DNA of 64,000 nucleotides from Neocallimastix sp. 'constans' (Eukaryota), in the NCBI GenBank assembly GCA_050613775.1, contig JBODTK010000131.1, positions 186,001-250,000 of the forward strand. The letters are read 5' to 3'. Of this stretch, positions 37,674 to 50,587 are shown piece by piece; positions within the stretch are counted from its first letter, which is position 1; each line of letters starts with the position of its first letter. Made by a program: the position numbers and the translations under genes. The notes beneath the pieces were generated by a model. It was not told the DNA's origin. It did no database searches and saw only the letters and a list, made by a program, of their open reading frames with translations.

Positions 37674-38013
37674 AATCCTTTTCTTTCCCTTCTCTTCATA
37701 ATTAGTATATATTTTATTAATTATTAATTATTGTAAGCAATAAAGATTAGAATTTACTATCTTATATTTATACAGCAGAATTTATTAAAAATTCTTTTAT
37801 TATAAAAAATAATAAAAAAAATGGAATGTATAATAAAAAAAATATAAAAAAAAAAGGAGGAAAAAAGGAAAAACTCTTTTTTTAATTATATAAAATATAA
37901 ACTACATTAAAATAATATATAAAAAAAATTAAAATTAAAAAAAAAAATAAAAAAATTTTAAAAAAAAAAAAAATTTATGTTTAAACAATAAATTTTTTTT
38001 ATTTTAAAATATA

Positions 38014-40650
38014 GGAAGACTATAGAAAGGCGAATCTGATGTTTTATATAATTTTAAACTGGATATGTCGTAACATTAGAGTTGTATAATTAATAATATC
38101 CCATAGTTTCTACTTATTATTATTATTATAATAATGAAAAATATATTGTATTTTTTTTCTTTTAGCATTATTTTTTGTATATATTTTTTTATAGTATTAG
38201 TTATATTCTTGTAGCTATTCTTAAATTGAATAAATAAGGAGATTGATTCACCACAAAGTTTGTTTTTAAGACTTTATTTAATAGATGTCAATCTTTTTAT
38301 AGTATTTTACTACAAACATTTTATTTACCTTTATATTTTAGTTTATATATGATTATTTTACAGAAAATTATTAAATTAATAAAAATCTTTACTAAACGAA
38401 TAGAATGTCAAAAATTTAAAAAAAATAAAATATTTTATTAACAATTATTTCAACAAAGACTTTTATCTTACTTAAATATTGCTTACACAAATATTTAAAA
38501 AAACTGGATTAAAAAAAAAGAGATATAAATTCAATTATTTTTTGATAATTTTTTTTTTCAATCTTTCTATATTTATTTTTTTTTATTTTACATTAATTTT
38601 ATAATACTTTGTTATTAGTTTTTTTTAATTTAGTTTAGTATTTATCATTTTATAATTTATAGTTCATTATGGAAAAGATATTTCAACAGGGGTTTTCGCC
38701 GTTTTGGAACATCTATTGGCAATATAAGGTTTATTTTTATTCGAGGTATACAATCATGGACCAATGCCAATGCTAAAATGAGGGAATTTATTTATTCTAG
38801 ATGCAAAAAAAAAATTCAAGAATAATAATTTGTCAGTGAAACAAATTATTAACTTCAATGATAGTTTCTTCAGAATTAAAGTATTCCCTCCAAATTTCAA
38901 CCACTCAAAATTTGTAAAAGTATTTTTGAAAAAAAGCCATATCTGAAGTTAAAATTTCATATTGTAAATGTTCCAATTGGAATCATAAGGTTTTTTTTTT
39001 CAGTATTTTAAACAACATTTAATAACTAATAATATATTCAATAATACAAACTCAACAAAACCAAGTACAACTACATTAATAAAATATTATAAATGCCAAT
39101 CATGTACCAATTCTCCCAGTATACCTAATCCTAATTCTCTTAAATTCACAAAATCTAATTTCAAATTGTAACACAGAAATGTTTTTATTTTGCATTATTA
39201 GTAGGAATACCAATGGATGGAATTTTGTTAAAAAAAAAAAGATAATATTGAGTACTTTAATACGATTTTTAAACCATATTCTTATATTTTCAGGAAATAG
39301 GTAATGCTAGATATCCATTTAAAGTAACACTTCCCAACTATAAATATTTCCAGAAAAGAATGGATCCTTCTACTCCAGGTTGCAGAGGTTTATATATTGG
39401 GTATCATGTCTCATATAAAGTAGTCCATGAAGATAATTTCTATACTCACCTTATTTCTTTAATAACATATAATCTATGGAATCACTCTAAGTGTTCTGTA
39501 GATAATGTCTATATTCTCACAAAGAAACAATCATTACAAGTCTGATATTCATTCTCTGAAGTTTTCACATGGCTTCAGAATCACACCAAGTCATCCCATC
39601 TATTCTTCTTGAAGAATTTAACATGAGAATTGCTGATTTACAAGATAAATAAACCGACAGTAACCTTGGTTACTGATTTATTCTTCTTATTAACAATTCA
39701 CCTATTTTATGGACTAAAGGCATATATTCATCAGATATTGATCATGCATTTAGTCCACTCATGTATGCTGGGTAAAATGTCAAGTACTTATTTTTGTTGA
39801 CTATACTTCTGTATCTGATCATAAACCGTTCGTAATTTATTGAAAGAAAACTCCCACAGATGTATTATTGTTGTTACCAAAAAAAAAAATTGTTAGGTGA
39901 GATAAGTATAAATGTCTTAAACTTAAGAAAGAAATTTGTGATCATAATAATTTTGATAATCTTAGTGAAAAATTTGGAAATGACGAACTTTCAACCAATA
40001 GTATAGTTGAAAAGTTTATCAACACTAATATTTCCATTGCTAAGAATCTATTGATTACATCTTCAACAGAAATCAGAAAAGCGATGTTTAGAATGTCCCC
40101 AAAAAATATATTGTTTTCAAAAGATAAAAGAAATTAAGAGTTTACAAATCTGTATATGATTCTAATGAATTTAAAAAAATTGTTGACTCCTCTAATAGAC
40201 CATTTAAATTAATTCAATAAAAATGTAGTATATATAGGAAAAAAAGAATTTTTATTTTGGATAAAAATTGGTTGTTCATTAGCTCTTAAAAGATGAGAGT
40301 AGGAAAGAATGGAAAATGAGTAAAAAACGAATGCAAAAAATTAATAATCATTCTTTCACGGTCACCCCATCCTATTAAAAACAATAACAATAAAGTTGTT
40401 TCTTCTACAAATGAAAAATTAAAAGCTTGGAATTCTCATTATAAATTCCTAGGGCTGGATTCTTCAGGTCATAGTCTTTCTAAAGATTTCTGTAAAGATA
40501 CTGATGCACTAAGGAATTTGGGAAGACCAAGGTAAACATGAGTGGGAAATTAATCAAGATATTAGCGAGGAAATCTCATCTTCTCTTAACTTTAAAGCCT
40601 GTGGCCCTGACGGAATTCCAATGTAATTCTTCAAAGCTTTAATTCCTAAT
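38014..40650 (+). mobile_element. Old, degenerate LINE related to 41312-44846 (5' UTR, endonuclease and pre-RT region)
   Basis: 38014-38370 resembles the 5' UTR at about 41472-41815; PGCRGLYIG...KCSVDNVYI parallels PGMRGLYIG...RCSLENIYI; SDH motif at about 39815; KACGPDGIP at about 40594-40620; many stops. Confidence 0.85.
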
Positions 40651-41311
40651 AAAGATGATTTAAAACTAAATATAAAAATAATTATTTTCTTATTAATTAT
40701 TTTATATTATTAATATTCAACAAAAAAAAAAAATTAATAAAACATAAATAATATATTTTATATTAAAATAGAGTTCTTTTATTCCTAAATTCTCTTGTAA
40801 CTTCTTTTTCTTTTCAAAAGAAGTCCAACTTTTCTTAATTTTTTCATTTTTTTAATTTTCTAATTATATTTTTTTTTCTTATTTAAAAATAGCTTAATTT
40901 ATTTAATAATCAATATATTATTTAAAAAAAAAATATTAAATAATAATATATTATTTAAAATAATATATATATAAAATATAATTTATAATATATAAAATTA
41001 TAAATTAATAATATAAATTTAATATATAAATATAATATATAAATGCAATATAATTTTGTTAATTATTGATACATTTTTTTTACATTGTTAATACATTGTT
41101 AAATGATAATATATAATTATTATATAACTTATAATTTAAATAATATTTTAACATATATTTTTAGTTTAATTCTATATATTGTATACATAAATAGATTTTG
41201 TATACATATTGTATTTACTTTTTTGAAATATATCTTAATACTTTTGTTTAATTCTTCATCAAATATTATTTATTATTTATTATTTATTATAATTTATTAT
41301 GATTAATTATT

Positions 41312-44300
41312 TCCCAATGAAGTGGACTGTTTTTCCAGGTCCATGGAGGGTTGATGGAAAAGGAATAACCTATATCAGGTGTACTAATTACAGCTTTCTG
41401 TGATTCTGATGATAAAATATGGTTATCCTTTCTAAAGTGGCTTCTAGTACGAAGAGTGAAAACTGGAATACTGGAAGACTGTAGAAAGTGAACCTGATGT
41501 TTTATATTGTTTTAAACTGGATATGTAGTAACATTGGAGTTGTATAATTAATAATATCATGTAGTTTCTACATATTATCATTGTAATGAATCTATTGTAT
41601 TTTTTACTTTAGCATTATTTTGTATATGTATTTTTCTATAGTATTATTTATACTTTCATGTAGCTATTGTAAAATGAAAAATAGGAGATTGATTCACTCC
41701 AAAACTTGTGTTTAAGACATTATTTAACGGATGGGAATCTTTTTATAGTTTTTCACAACTATTATTTCATTAACATTTAAATTTTATATTATATATGATT
41801 ATTTTACAGAAATTTTTACATAAAACAGGAATTTATAATTGAAAATCATTAATTAAAAACTAGTCAACACAAAAAGAAAGAAAAACAAACAAATTTTAGC
41901 AAACAATATACACGAAAGAGAAGACAACAGCAATAAATTTTTATTTTTTTTAATTTTTTAATTTTTTACTAATTTTATTTTTTATTTTTATATTACATTT
42001 ACTTTTTATTAATATAGATAAGTTTTTTATTTTATTATGTCAACTATACGAAGAGGTCTGCGACATTATGGTCCTGACCATGATAAATTTGTTTTAATTT
42101 TCATTCATGATCTTGAATCTTGGACTGAAAGTAGACTATGTGAATTTTTAAGCAAAAAGATATCAAATTGTAATGAAGTTGTTCATGGAATCGTTAAAAA
42201 ACACTATATTAATATGGAAAACTACTTCATCCTAAGAGTTAACTATAATAATTATACGGATTATTTGAAGGTTATTTATTTGATTACTAAGCACTTACCT
42301 GTTAAAAGAATAAAATGGAAGATTACTTCAAGGATACGCACATTTAGCAATGTTAACCATAATAGCACCAGGTATTATTCTGAACCCTCAATCCCATCTC
42401 TGAAAGCCTCCTGTATGCTAACCCTTTCTCGAATACTAAATATTTCAACCTCTGTATTAGCTGGAACATAAATGATTGGAATTCTGAAAAACGTGACGGA
42501 CTTACCAATTTTAATTCAATCTTTAATCCTATTTGTATTTGTCTTCAAGAAGTCGGTAATAGTTCATTCTTTAACTCTTTTTCTAACTCATATCCATTCC
42601 TTAATCATTATAGAACAGTACTGAGACGTGCGGACAAAAAAATCCCTGGTATGAGGGGCCTTTATATAGGTGTGCACTCCTCCTGCCAATTCACTAATGA
42701 TGATTTTGAATATAGATATATACTCTCAGTAAATATATTCTCTTTTTGGGGTGTCAGATGTTCTTTAGAGAACATTTACATCCCTAGCAAAAAACACAAA
42801 GACTCTAGAGAAAAAGCGGAAACTGATTTTGCTAATTGGCTCAAGAACCATCAGAATAACCCTTCGGCTATTGTTGGTGATTTCAACATGACTAAGCAAC
42901 AACTCAAAGATCTTATTCTTAGAATTTCCCCTCAATGGTTTGTTATGGATATGGTTGGTCATCAATTTACTTGGTCTAATGGTGGAAAGAATTCTTGTAT
43001 TGATTTTATAGTAGTGAACGATAAATTAAGATATTATCTGAATATTGCTTCTGTATGCTACTCTTTTAATGACATCTCTGACCATTTACCACTTATTCTT
43101 TCTTGTAAAAAAATATCTCCTGATGGTTTTGTTACTCCGCCTCGGGATAAACAAATTAAGTGGTCTAATCGAATTTGTAGGGATAAACGTGAAGCAATCT
43201 TCTCTCATAATAAATTCACATGTTTACTGAATGAATTTGAACATAATGATAATCTAGACTCTAATACAATGGTTAAAAAACTTCTTGACACAGCAAATAA
43301 AATAGGCGATGACATTCAAGCAAGAGTTCCTACAAATTTACAGGGTTCAGCGTTCCATTGTCCTGCTTATATTAAGAAATTATCACATGAAAAACATTTA
43401 TTTTATAAAAGGATTAAAAATTTTAAACTTAGTAATGATTTGTCTAATCTTCAAGAATTTTGTGATCTCTCAAAAGAATATAGAGTTCTTTCTGATTATA
43501 TCATTAGTATTAAAAAAAATATTAGGATTATTAGATTTAAAAATTTGATTCATTCCATCGGGGATCTTTCAGATTGTAATAATTATCGTGGTATTTCACT
43601 CATCAATGTAGGTTTAAAAATTCTATCAAAAATTGTCACTAAAAGAATATCGGACTATGCTTTTTCTAATGGAATAATTAGACAAGAACAGTTTGGTTTT
43701 AGAAATAAAGAAGAATGTATTAGTTTATTTGTATCCATTCGTGAAATTTGTCAAAGAAGAAAATTTAAGGATAAATTTACCTTTCTTGCCTTTCTTGACC
43801 TTAAAAAAGCTTATGATTCAGTTCCAATTTACAATATACTTACTAAACTAAATAATTTTGGTATTCGTGGTAAATGCCTTCAATTCATTACTAATCTATA
43901 CCTTACCTCGAAAGCTCGTGCAAACTTTAATGGTAAACTTTCAAAAGAATTTCCAATACACCGTGGTGTTCGCCAAGGGTGTCCTCTCTCACCTATTTTA
44001 TTCAATATATTTATCAATGATATTTTTGATAAATGTAAAAGATATGGTGTGATTACTGAAAAGAAAAAGTGTTGTGGTGGATTATTTGCTGATGATATTG
44101 TATTATTAGCTCCTACAAAATCTTCACTTAAAAACCTTTTGAATATTGCTCATGATTGGGGTATTAAAAATGAAATGACCTTTGGAATCAATAAATGCGC
44201 TACACTAGTTGTTAAACCAAAGAATTTTTTACCTTCAAGACATTATGAAAATCCTACATTTAAACTTGGTATGAACTATATACCAAGCACTAATCAATAT

Positions 44301-44805
44301 ACATATCTTGGTATACCTTTTAATGAATCGTTGGATTTAAAACCTATTATTGCTAAGATGAATAGTAAAATTAATTATGCAGTATTTGAAATCTTAAAGA
44401 TCGGCTCGGGGGAAAGAAGGCGATTTATTAATAATATTTTTCAATCACCTTCGAACGAGTCTTCTTTCCCGATTTCATATTTTGTGGGGCTTGCGGAATT
44501 CCTTACTAACGTTATGCCTATTGTGATTGGTGATTTTTACACCATGATCGATTTGTATAGTGTTAGACCTACCGTTGTCAAGAGCGTCGACGTCGTAACG
44601 ATAAGGCAAAGAAGAAATTCTGATACAGATTCGAATGATAATTTTCATCCACATGGGGTTATCTTCGATGAATGGGAAGAGTTAGAGGCCATTTCGTCCT
44701 CGAAGCTCATAACGTAGTTTTTTAATATTAATATAAAAAAAATTTCATGTATTTAAATTTCATGTATTTTTTAAAAAAATATTATTAAATAAAGTTTATT
44801 CCTAG

Positions 44806-44846
<41 letters not shown>
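41312..44846 (+). mobile_element. Full-length-ended LINE (5' UTR to poly-A) with a 13-bp TSD and internal deletions
   Basis: ATGATTAATTATT at 41299-41311 and 44847-44859; poly-A tail; APE endonuclease and RT coding; 3' part nearly identical to 32942-34766. Confidence 0.95.
42037..44717 (+). pseudogene. LINE coding region: N-terminal ORF 42037-42471, then APE endonuclease-RT (ORF 42651-44717)
   Basis: SWNIND and ICLQE motifs at about 42460-42550 upstream of the tracked Met; GDFN, IDFIV and SDHLP endonuclease motifs; NYRGISL, FLDLKKAYDSV, QGCPLSP and FADD RT motifs; an 876-bp in-frame deletion removes the Cys-rich region. Confidence 0.88.
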
Positions 44847-44849
<3 letters not shown>

Positions 44850-45235
44850 ATTAATTATTATTTATAGTTATAAAAAGCAATTAAAAAATTAAAAATAATA
44901 TATTATAATATATTATAATATATTATAATAAATTAATTTAAATAATTAAAAATTAAATAATAATAAATTAAATAAAAAAATTAAAAATTTTTTTTTTTAG
45001 TTTCAAATTTTTTGAATTTTTTTTTATTTATTAAAGTTTTATTTAAAAATTAAAAAATGGAAGTAAATAATATTTTAATTATTTTTATTTGTATAAAAAG
45101 AAACAAAATTTTTTATTGAAAAAAAATTTTTTTTTTTTTTTAAATTCATAAAATAAATAAATAAATAATTTCATCTTTTATTAGGAAATTCATAGAAAAA
45201 GTAAAAAAAAAAATTATTGAAATAGAATATTAAAA

Positions 45236-46523
45236 ATGTTAGAAATTATGAATTCATTTATTTATAATAGTAAAGAAGATTTGAAAAAAGAACTTCATAA
45301 TAGAATTAAAAATAGGAATACTCAAGAAGTAAAAAATATTTTAGATTATGCTGTGGAAAATAAAATTATTTTAGACTTAAATGAAAAAGATATAAATATA
45401 TGGTATCCACTTTTAGATGCCATTTTTATTAATAATATTAAAATGGTTCAATTTTTAATAGATTATGCCAATAAAAATAATATTATTTTGATATTAAATA
45501 GAAAAAATGGAAATGGATGGAATCCACTTTTACGCGCTACTTCTTATAATAATATTGAAATAGTTAAATTGTTAATAGATTATGCCAATAAAAATAAAAT
45601 TATTTTTGAATAAATGAAAAAAATAATAATGGATGGTATCCGCTTTTAGATGCCATTTTTATTGATAATATTGAAATGGTTCAATTATTAATAGATTATG
45701 CCAATAAAAATAAAATTATTTTGGAATTAAATGAAAAAAGTTGTCATGGATATACCCCAATATTTGAGGCAATACAAAATAATAATATTGAAATGTTTAA
45801 ATTGCTGGTTGAATATTCTATTGAAAAAGGAATAAAATTAATAGTTGATGAAAGTGATATTGAAATCGCAATTTCAAAAAATATTCATATTGTAAATTAA
45901 AAAATATTTCAGAAATTAATTCTATATTTATAAAATTAATCTATTTTTGTAAAAATAAAAATATAATAGAAGTAATATTCAGCAAAAACAGTTACTTTTT
46001 GAAAAGATTTAATGAGATTAATGAAAATAAAAGAATAGGAAATAAAAGTAAGGATTATGAAATATTTAAAATCGAAAAAGAAATAAAAAAGATAAAATTG
46101 GAAAAAGTAAAAAAGGAGAAAGAAAAAATAGAAAGAGATTTTAAAGAGAAAGAAAAAATAGAAAAAGACTATAAATTAATTAAAATAGAATTGGAAGAAG
46201 AAAGGAAAGCAAAAGAAAAAATAGTAAATGAAAATGAATTACTGAGAACAGAATTGGAAAATGAACAAAAGATAAAAGAGGGAAAAGTAAAGAAAAAATT
46301 GGAAAAGAAGAATTATATAATGGAAAAAATTAAGAATGAAAGAGATAATAATGAGACTTTATTAACCTATGAATGTAAACAAGGTAATATTAAAGAAGTT
46401 AAAAAATTAATTAATTATGGAATGAATATCAATGAGAAAAATAAAGATGGAGACACACCATTATTAATTACATGTAAAAATGGAAATATAGAATTAGTAA
46501 AATATTTATTAAGTGATAAATAA
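45236..46523 (+). pseudogene. Ankyrin-repeat paralogue 5 (3 variable repeats), two frameshifts
   Basis: ORFs 45236-45613, 45676-45900 and 45999-46523 are consecutive parts of one paralogue. The breaks lie in or near homopolymers and could be sequencing errors. Confidence 0.82.
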
Positions 46524-47078
46524 GTAAAAGTAAAAATTATAATTTCATAAAATCCTTTTCTCTCCCTTCTCTTCATTATAAGCAAATTTTTATTTTATTG
46601 ATTGTTAAGAAAAAAATCAAATTAGAATATACTATTTTTTATTTTTACAGCAGAATTTATTAAAAATTCTTTTATTATAAATAATAATAAGAAAAAATGT
46701 TGTATATATAAGATAAAAATAAAAAAAATAAATTAAAATTAAATAAAATTAAAATAAAAATTGAAAAATATAAATTTAAAAAAAAAAAAAAATTTAATTT
46801 TTAATTTTAATATTTATTTTTTTTTTTTTTTTTATTTTTTATTATTTAAATTTAATATATTAATATATCTTATAATATATTATAAAATATAATTATATTT
46901 TATATACATATTTAATAAATTATTTTTAACTCTTTTATTGCTTTTTATATCTATAAATAAAAAAATAATAATAAATAATAAATAATTAATAATAAAAAAG
47001 TATTTATTAATAAATAATAAATAATAAATAATAAATATTTAATATTAAATAATAAATATTAAATAATAAATAATAAAT

Positions 47079-48712
47079 TGTTAAAACATCAATATTAATG
47101 TGTGAACATAGTATCAATCAATCATATTTTATATTTTACCTTTAAACAAAATAAAATATGTAAATTAAAAATTGTTCATAAAAAAAAATATTAATTTTTA
47201 TTTACACAAATAAAAAGCCTCATTAATATCATATACTTCATAAGTGTATTTTTATAATTTTAACGTTCAAAAGATTAAGAGTCAACTTATATAAAGCTAA
47301 GTATCAAAATATATATAATATAAAATTAAATAATAAAATATATACTTACTAATTTATGTCTTGAAACATTATTATAAAAAAAAAAAAAGAGAATTTTTTT
47401 TTTAATCTAACACAACAAAATACATATACACTTCAAAAGAGGAGAATTAATTCATCTTTTAATTTATAAAAAAAAAAAAAGCATTAATGAGTAAGCAGTA
47501 AATAATACTATGCCGAAGTAGTCAACTGCAAATAAGAAGTAATACTATGCTGAAATAGTCAGCGGTAAATAAGGAATAAGACTATGTTGAAATAGTCAGC
47601 AGCAAATAAAAGACGTCTCACTGAAAATAGTCAGTGACAAAACAAAAATCTTATTAAAATTTTAATTAAATAATAAGATTTAAAAAGTAAATATAACTCG
47701 TGTTAAGAATAAATGAATAAACAAATAATTTAACGAATAAAATTTAAAATAAAAATAAAAAGAAATAAATAATAAAATAAATCAAAACATATAAATAGTC
47801 AACATCCAATCATATCATCTGTTAGTATAAAATTACCCCAGACTTTGCAAACTAAAAAAAAAATACTTTTAATCAAGAAGACATTTTTTTTTACACAATT
47901 CAACAAGGGGGGATAACAATATGAGTAGAAACGGAAACAACGAACCTATAACTATTGATGACACAGACGAAATCACATTTTTTAATATCTGTTAATAAGT
48001 TACCCTCCCAAACTGTAAGACAGTTGTTGCCTCTGCTTATGGTAATTTTAAAGGATATATCGACAAAATTTATATTAAAGAATGTGTTCTGCGTTAATAG
48101 TATAAATAAAAATATAATATCAGTTACCAAGAACTCCATATAATTATATTTTTTAATTACAACAACAAACCTTATTCAACCATTTACAATGATTATTGCA
48201 AAAGAATCACCAACTTCAGTTCAAACCCCATCGGAAAATTGATCTATCTAGCTATTTGCACTAGACCTGATATAATGTTTCGCTGTAAGCAAGGCTTCCA
48301 GGAAGAATAAGAATCCAACCTTAATGGATTGAGCCAACGTTGAACGAATATTCAAGTATCTGAGTTATACTATCAACTACGAGATAAAGTTCACAAAGGA
48401 AAGGTCGTTGAAGGTATACATAGATGCAGACTACGCGGGCGAAACCGAATCGAGAAAAGTCGACCTCTGGATTCTTGATGATGATTGGAAAATGCGCCAA
48501 CTAACTGGTATTCTAAGCTGCAGAAATGTATAGCGACATCTACTGCTGAATTAGAATATTATGGTGTTAGTGAGTGTACAAAGCATAGCCTATGGTACAT
48601 AAACATATTAAATGAATTGATTATATAAATTTAAATTTCATTACAATTAACATCGATAATAGGTCTACAATATAAACTGCCAGAATTAATCAATAAATCC
48701 AAGATCAACGCA
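47079..48712 (+). mobile_element. Decayed, internally deleted copia (LTR about 47079-47269, PBS, protease and RT/RNase H remnants)
   Basis: TGTTAA...TTCA then AGATTAAGAGTCA (47272-47284); KNVFCVNSINKNIISVTK protease-region motif; IGKLIYLAICTRPDIMF, DADYAGE and WYSKLQKCIATSTAELEY RT/RNase H motifs. Confidence 0.82.
47503..47640 (+). repeat. 37-bp imperfect tandem repeat (3 copies plus a partial) in the copia leader
   Basis: TAA(T/G)ACTATG..GAA.TAGTCA.. units start at 47503, 47540 and 47577. Confidence 0.85.
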
Positions 48713-49630
48713 AGTATTAATGAAAAAATGTTTTTTTTTTTATGATGAAATAATAAAAAAAAATAATAAAAAAAATAATAAAAAAAAATAAAAAAAAAAA
48801 AAATAAAATTTGAAAAATTATAAAATTGAAAAAAAAAAAAAAAAAATTAAAATAAAATTAAAACAAAAATTAAAAAAAAAAATCTTATTTTTTTCATTTT
48901 TAACTTTATCATTATAAATTTTAAAGAATACTAACCACCAGTTGAATTCCAAATCAAAATATAAAATAAATACAAATGAATAATAAAAAAAAAATATTTA
49001 AGTAAATGAATAATAAAAAAAAAATTATTAAATTGAGTAAAGAATGAATTGGAAATTATCTACATTTTATTATTTAATTATTTATTATTTTTTATTTATT
49101 ATTTATTATTTTTTTATTTATTATTTATTATTCATTATTCAATTATTTATTATTTATTATTTATTAATAAATACTCTTTTTATTCTTTTTATTATTATTA
49201 TTCTATTATTTATAATTATAAAAAGCAATTAAAAAATTAAAAACAGTATATTATAATGTATTATAATAAATTAATTTAATTTAAATAATTAAAAATAATG
49301 ATAATAAATAAATTTAAAAAATTAAAATTTTTTTTTTAGTTCCAAATTATTTTTAAATATTTTAAATTTTTAATTTTTTTTTTAATTATTTAAATTTTAT
49401 TTAAAAAAAAAATGGAAGTAAAAAAACTTTTTTAATTATTTTTATTTGTATAAAAGGAAAAGAAAATCCTTTATAAAAAAAGATTTTTTTTTCAAATACT
49501 TATAATAAATAAATAAATAATAATGATAATAATAATATTAATAAATTATAAATAATTTTGATTTTTGAAAGGAAATTCATAAAAAATATAAAAAAATTAT
49601 TAAATAAATATAAAAATAAAGTTAAAAATT

Positions 49631-50587
49631 ATGGATTCATTTATTGATAAAAGTAAAGAAGATTTGAAAAGAGAACTTAATAGGAAAATTAGATATGGCA
49701 ATACTCGAAAAGTAAAAACTATTATAGATTATGCCACAGAAAATAAAATTATTTTGGATTTAAATGAAAAAGATGACTATGGATGTTATCCACTTTTAAG
49801 TGCTATTTCTGATAATAATATTAAAATGGCTAAATTGTTAATCGATTATTCCACTGAAATGGTTAAATTATTAATAGATTATGCAAATAAAAATAAAATT
49901 ATTTTGGAATTAAATAAAAAAAATGAATATGGATGTACCCCATTATTTGAGGCAATGCAATGGAATAATATTGAAATCTTTAAAATGTTGGTGAAATATT
50001 CTCTAGAAAAGGAAATAAAATTAATAATTGATGAAAATGATATTGAGGAAATGATTTCGAAACATTCTTCATTTTGTGAATTAAAGAATATTTCAGAAAT
50101 TAATTCTAAATTTATAAAATTAATCTATTTTTGTAAAAATAAAAATATAATTGAAGTAATATTCAACAGAAACAATTACTTTTTGAAAAGATTTAATGAA
50201 TTTAATGAAAATAAAAGAAAAGGAAATGAAAGTAAGGATTATGTGGTATTAGAAATTGATAATGAAATAACAAAAATAGAATTGGAGAAAGAAAAAAAGG
50301 AAAAAGAAAAAATAAAAAAAGACTTAGAATTTTTGAGAATAGAAAAAGAGAAAAAAGAAGAAAAAAAGTTGGAAAGAAAGAATTATATAATGGTAAAAAT
50401 TAAAAATAAAAGAGATAATAATGAAACCTTATTATCCTCTGAATGTAAACTAGGTAATATTGAAGAAGTTAAAAAATTAATTCATTATGGAATGAATATC
50501 AATAAGAAAAATAAAAATGGAGACACGCCATTATTAATTGCATGTAAAAATGGAAATATAGAATTAGTTAAATATTTATTAAGTTAA
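49631..50587 (+). CDS. Ankyrin-repeat paralogue 6 (318 aa; 1 variable repeat plus a deletion-fused partial repeat)
   Basis: Intact ORF with the family architecture; an in-frame deletion gives IDYSTE|MVKLLIDY. Confidence 0.85.
   Translation: MDSFIDKSKEDLKRELNRKIRYGNTRKVKTIIDYATENKIILDLNEKDDYGCYPLLSAISDNNIKMAKLLIDYSTEMVKLLIDYANKNKIILELNKKNEYGCTPLFEAMQWNNIEIFKMLVKYSLEKEIKLIIDENDIEEMISKHSSFCELKNISEINSKFIKLIYFCKNKNIIEVIFNRNNYFLKRFNEFNENKRKGNESKDYVVLEIDNEITKIELEKEKKEKEKIKKDLEFLRIEKEKKEEKKLERKNYIMVKIKNKRDNNETLLSSECKLGNIEEVKKLIHYGMNINKKNKNGDTPLLIACKNGNIELVKYLLS

Noticed and set aside
47503..47640. CRISPR-like 37-bp repeats
   Set aside because: The units are head-to-tail with no unique spacers, lie in a copia leader, and there are no cas genes in this eukaryotic context.
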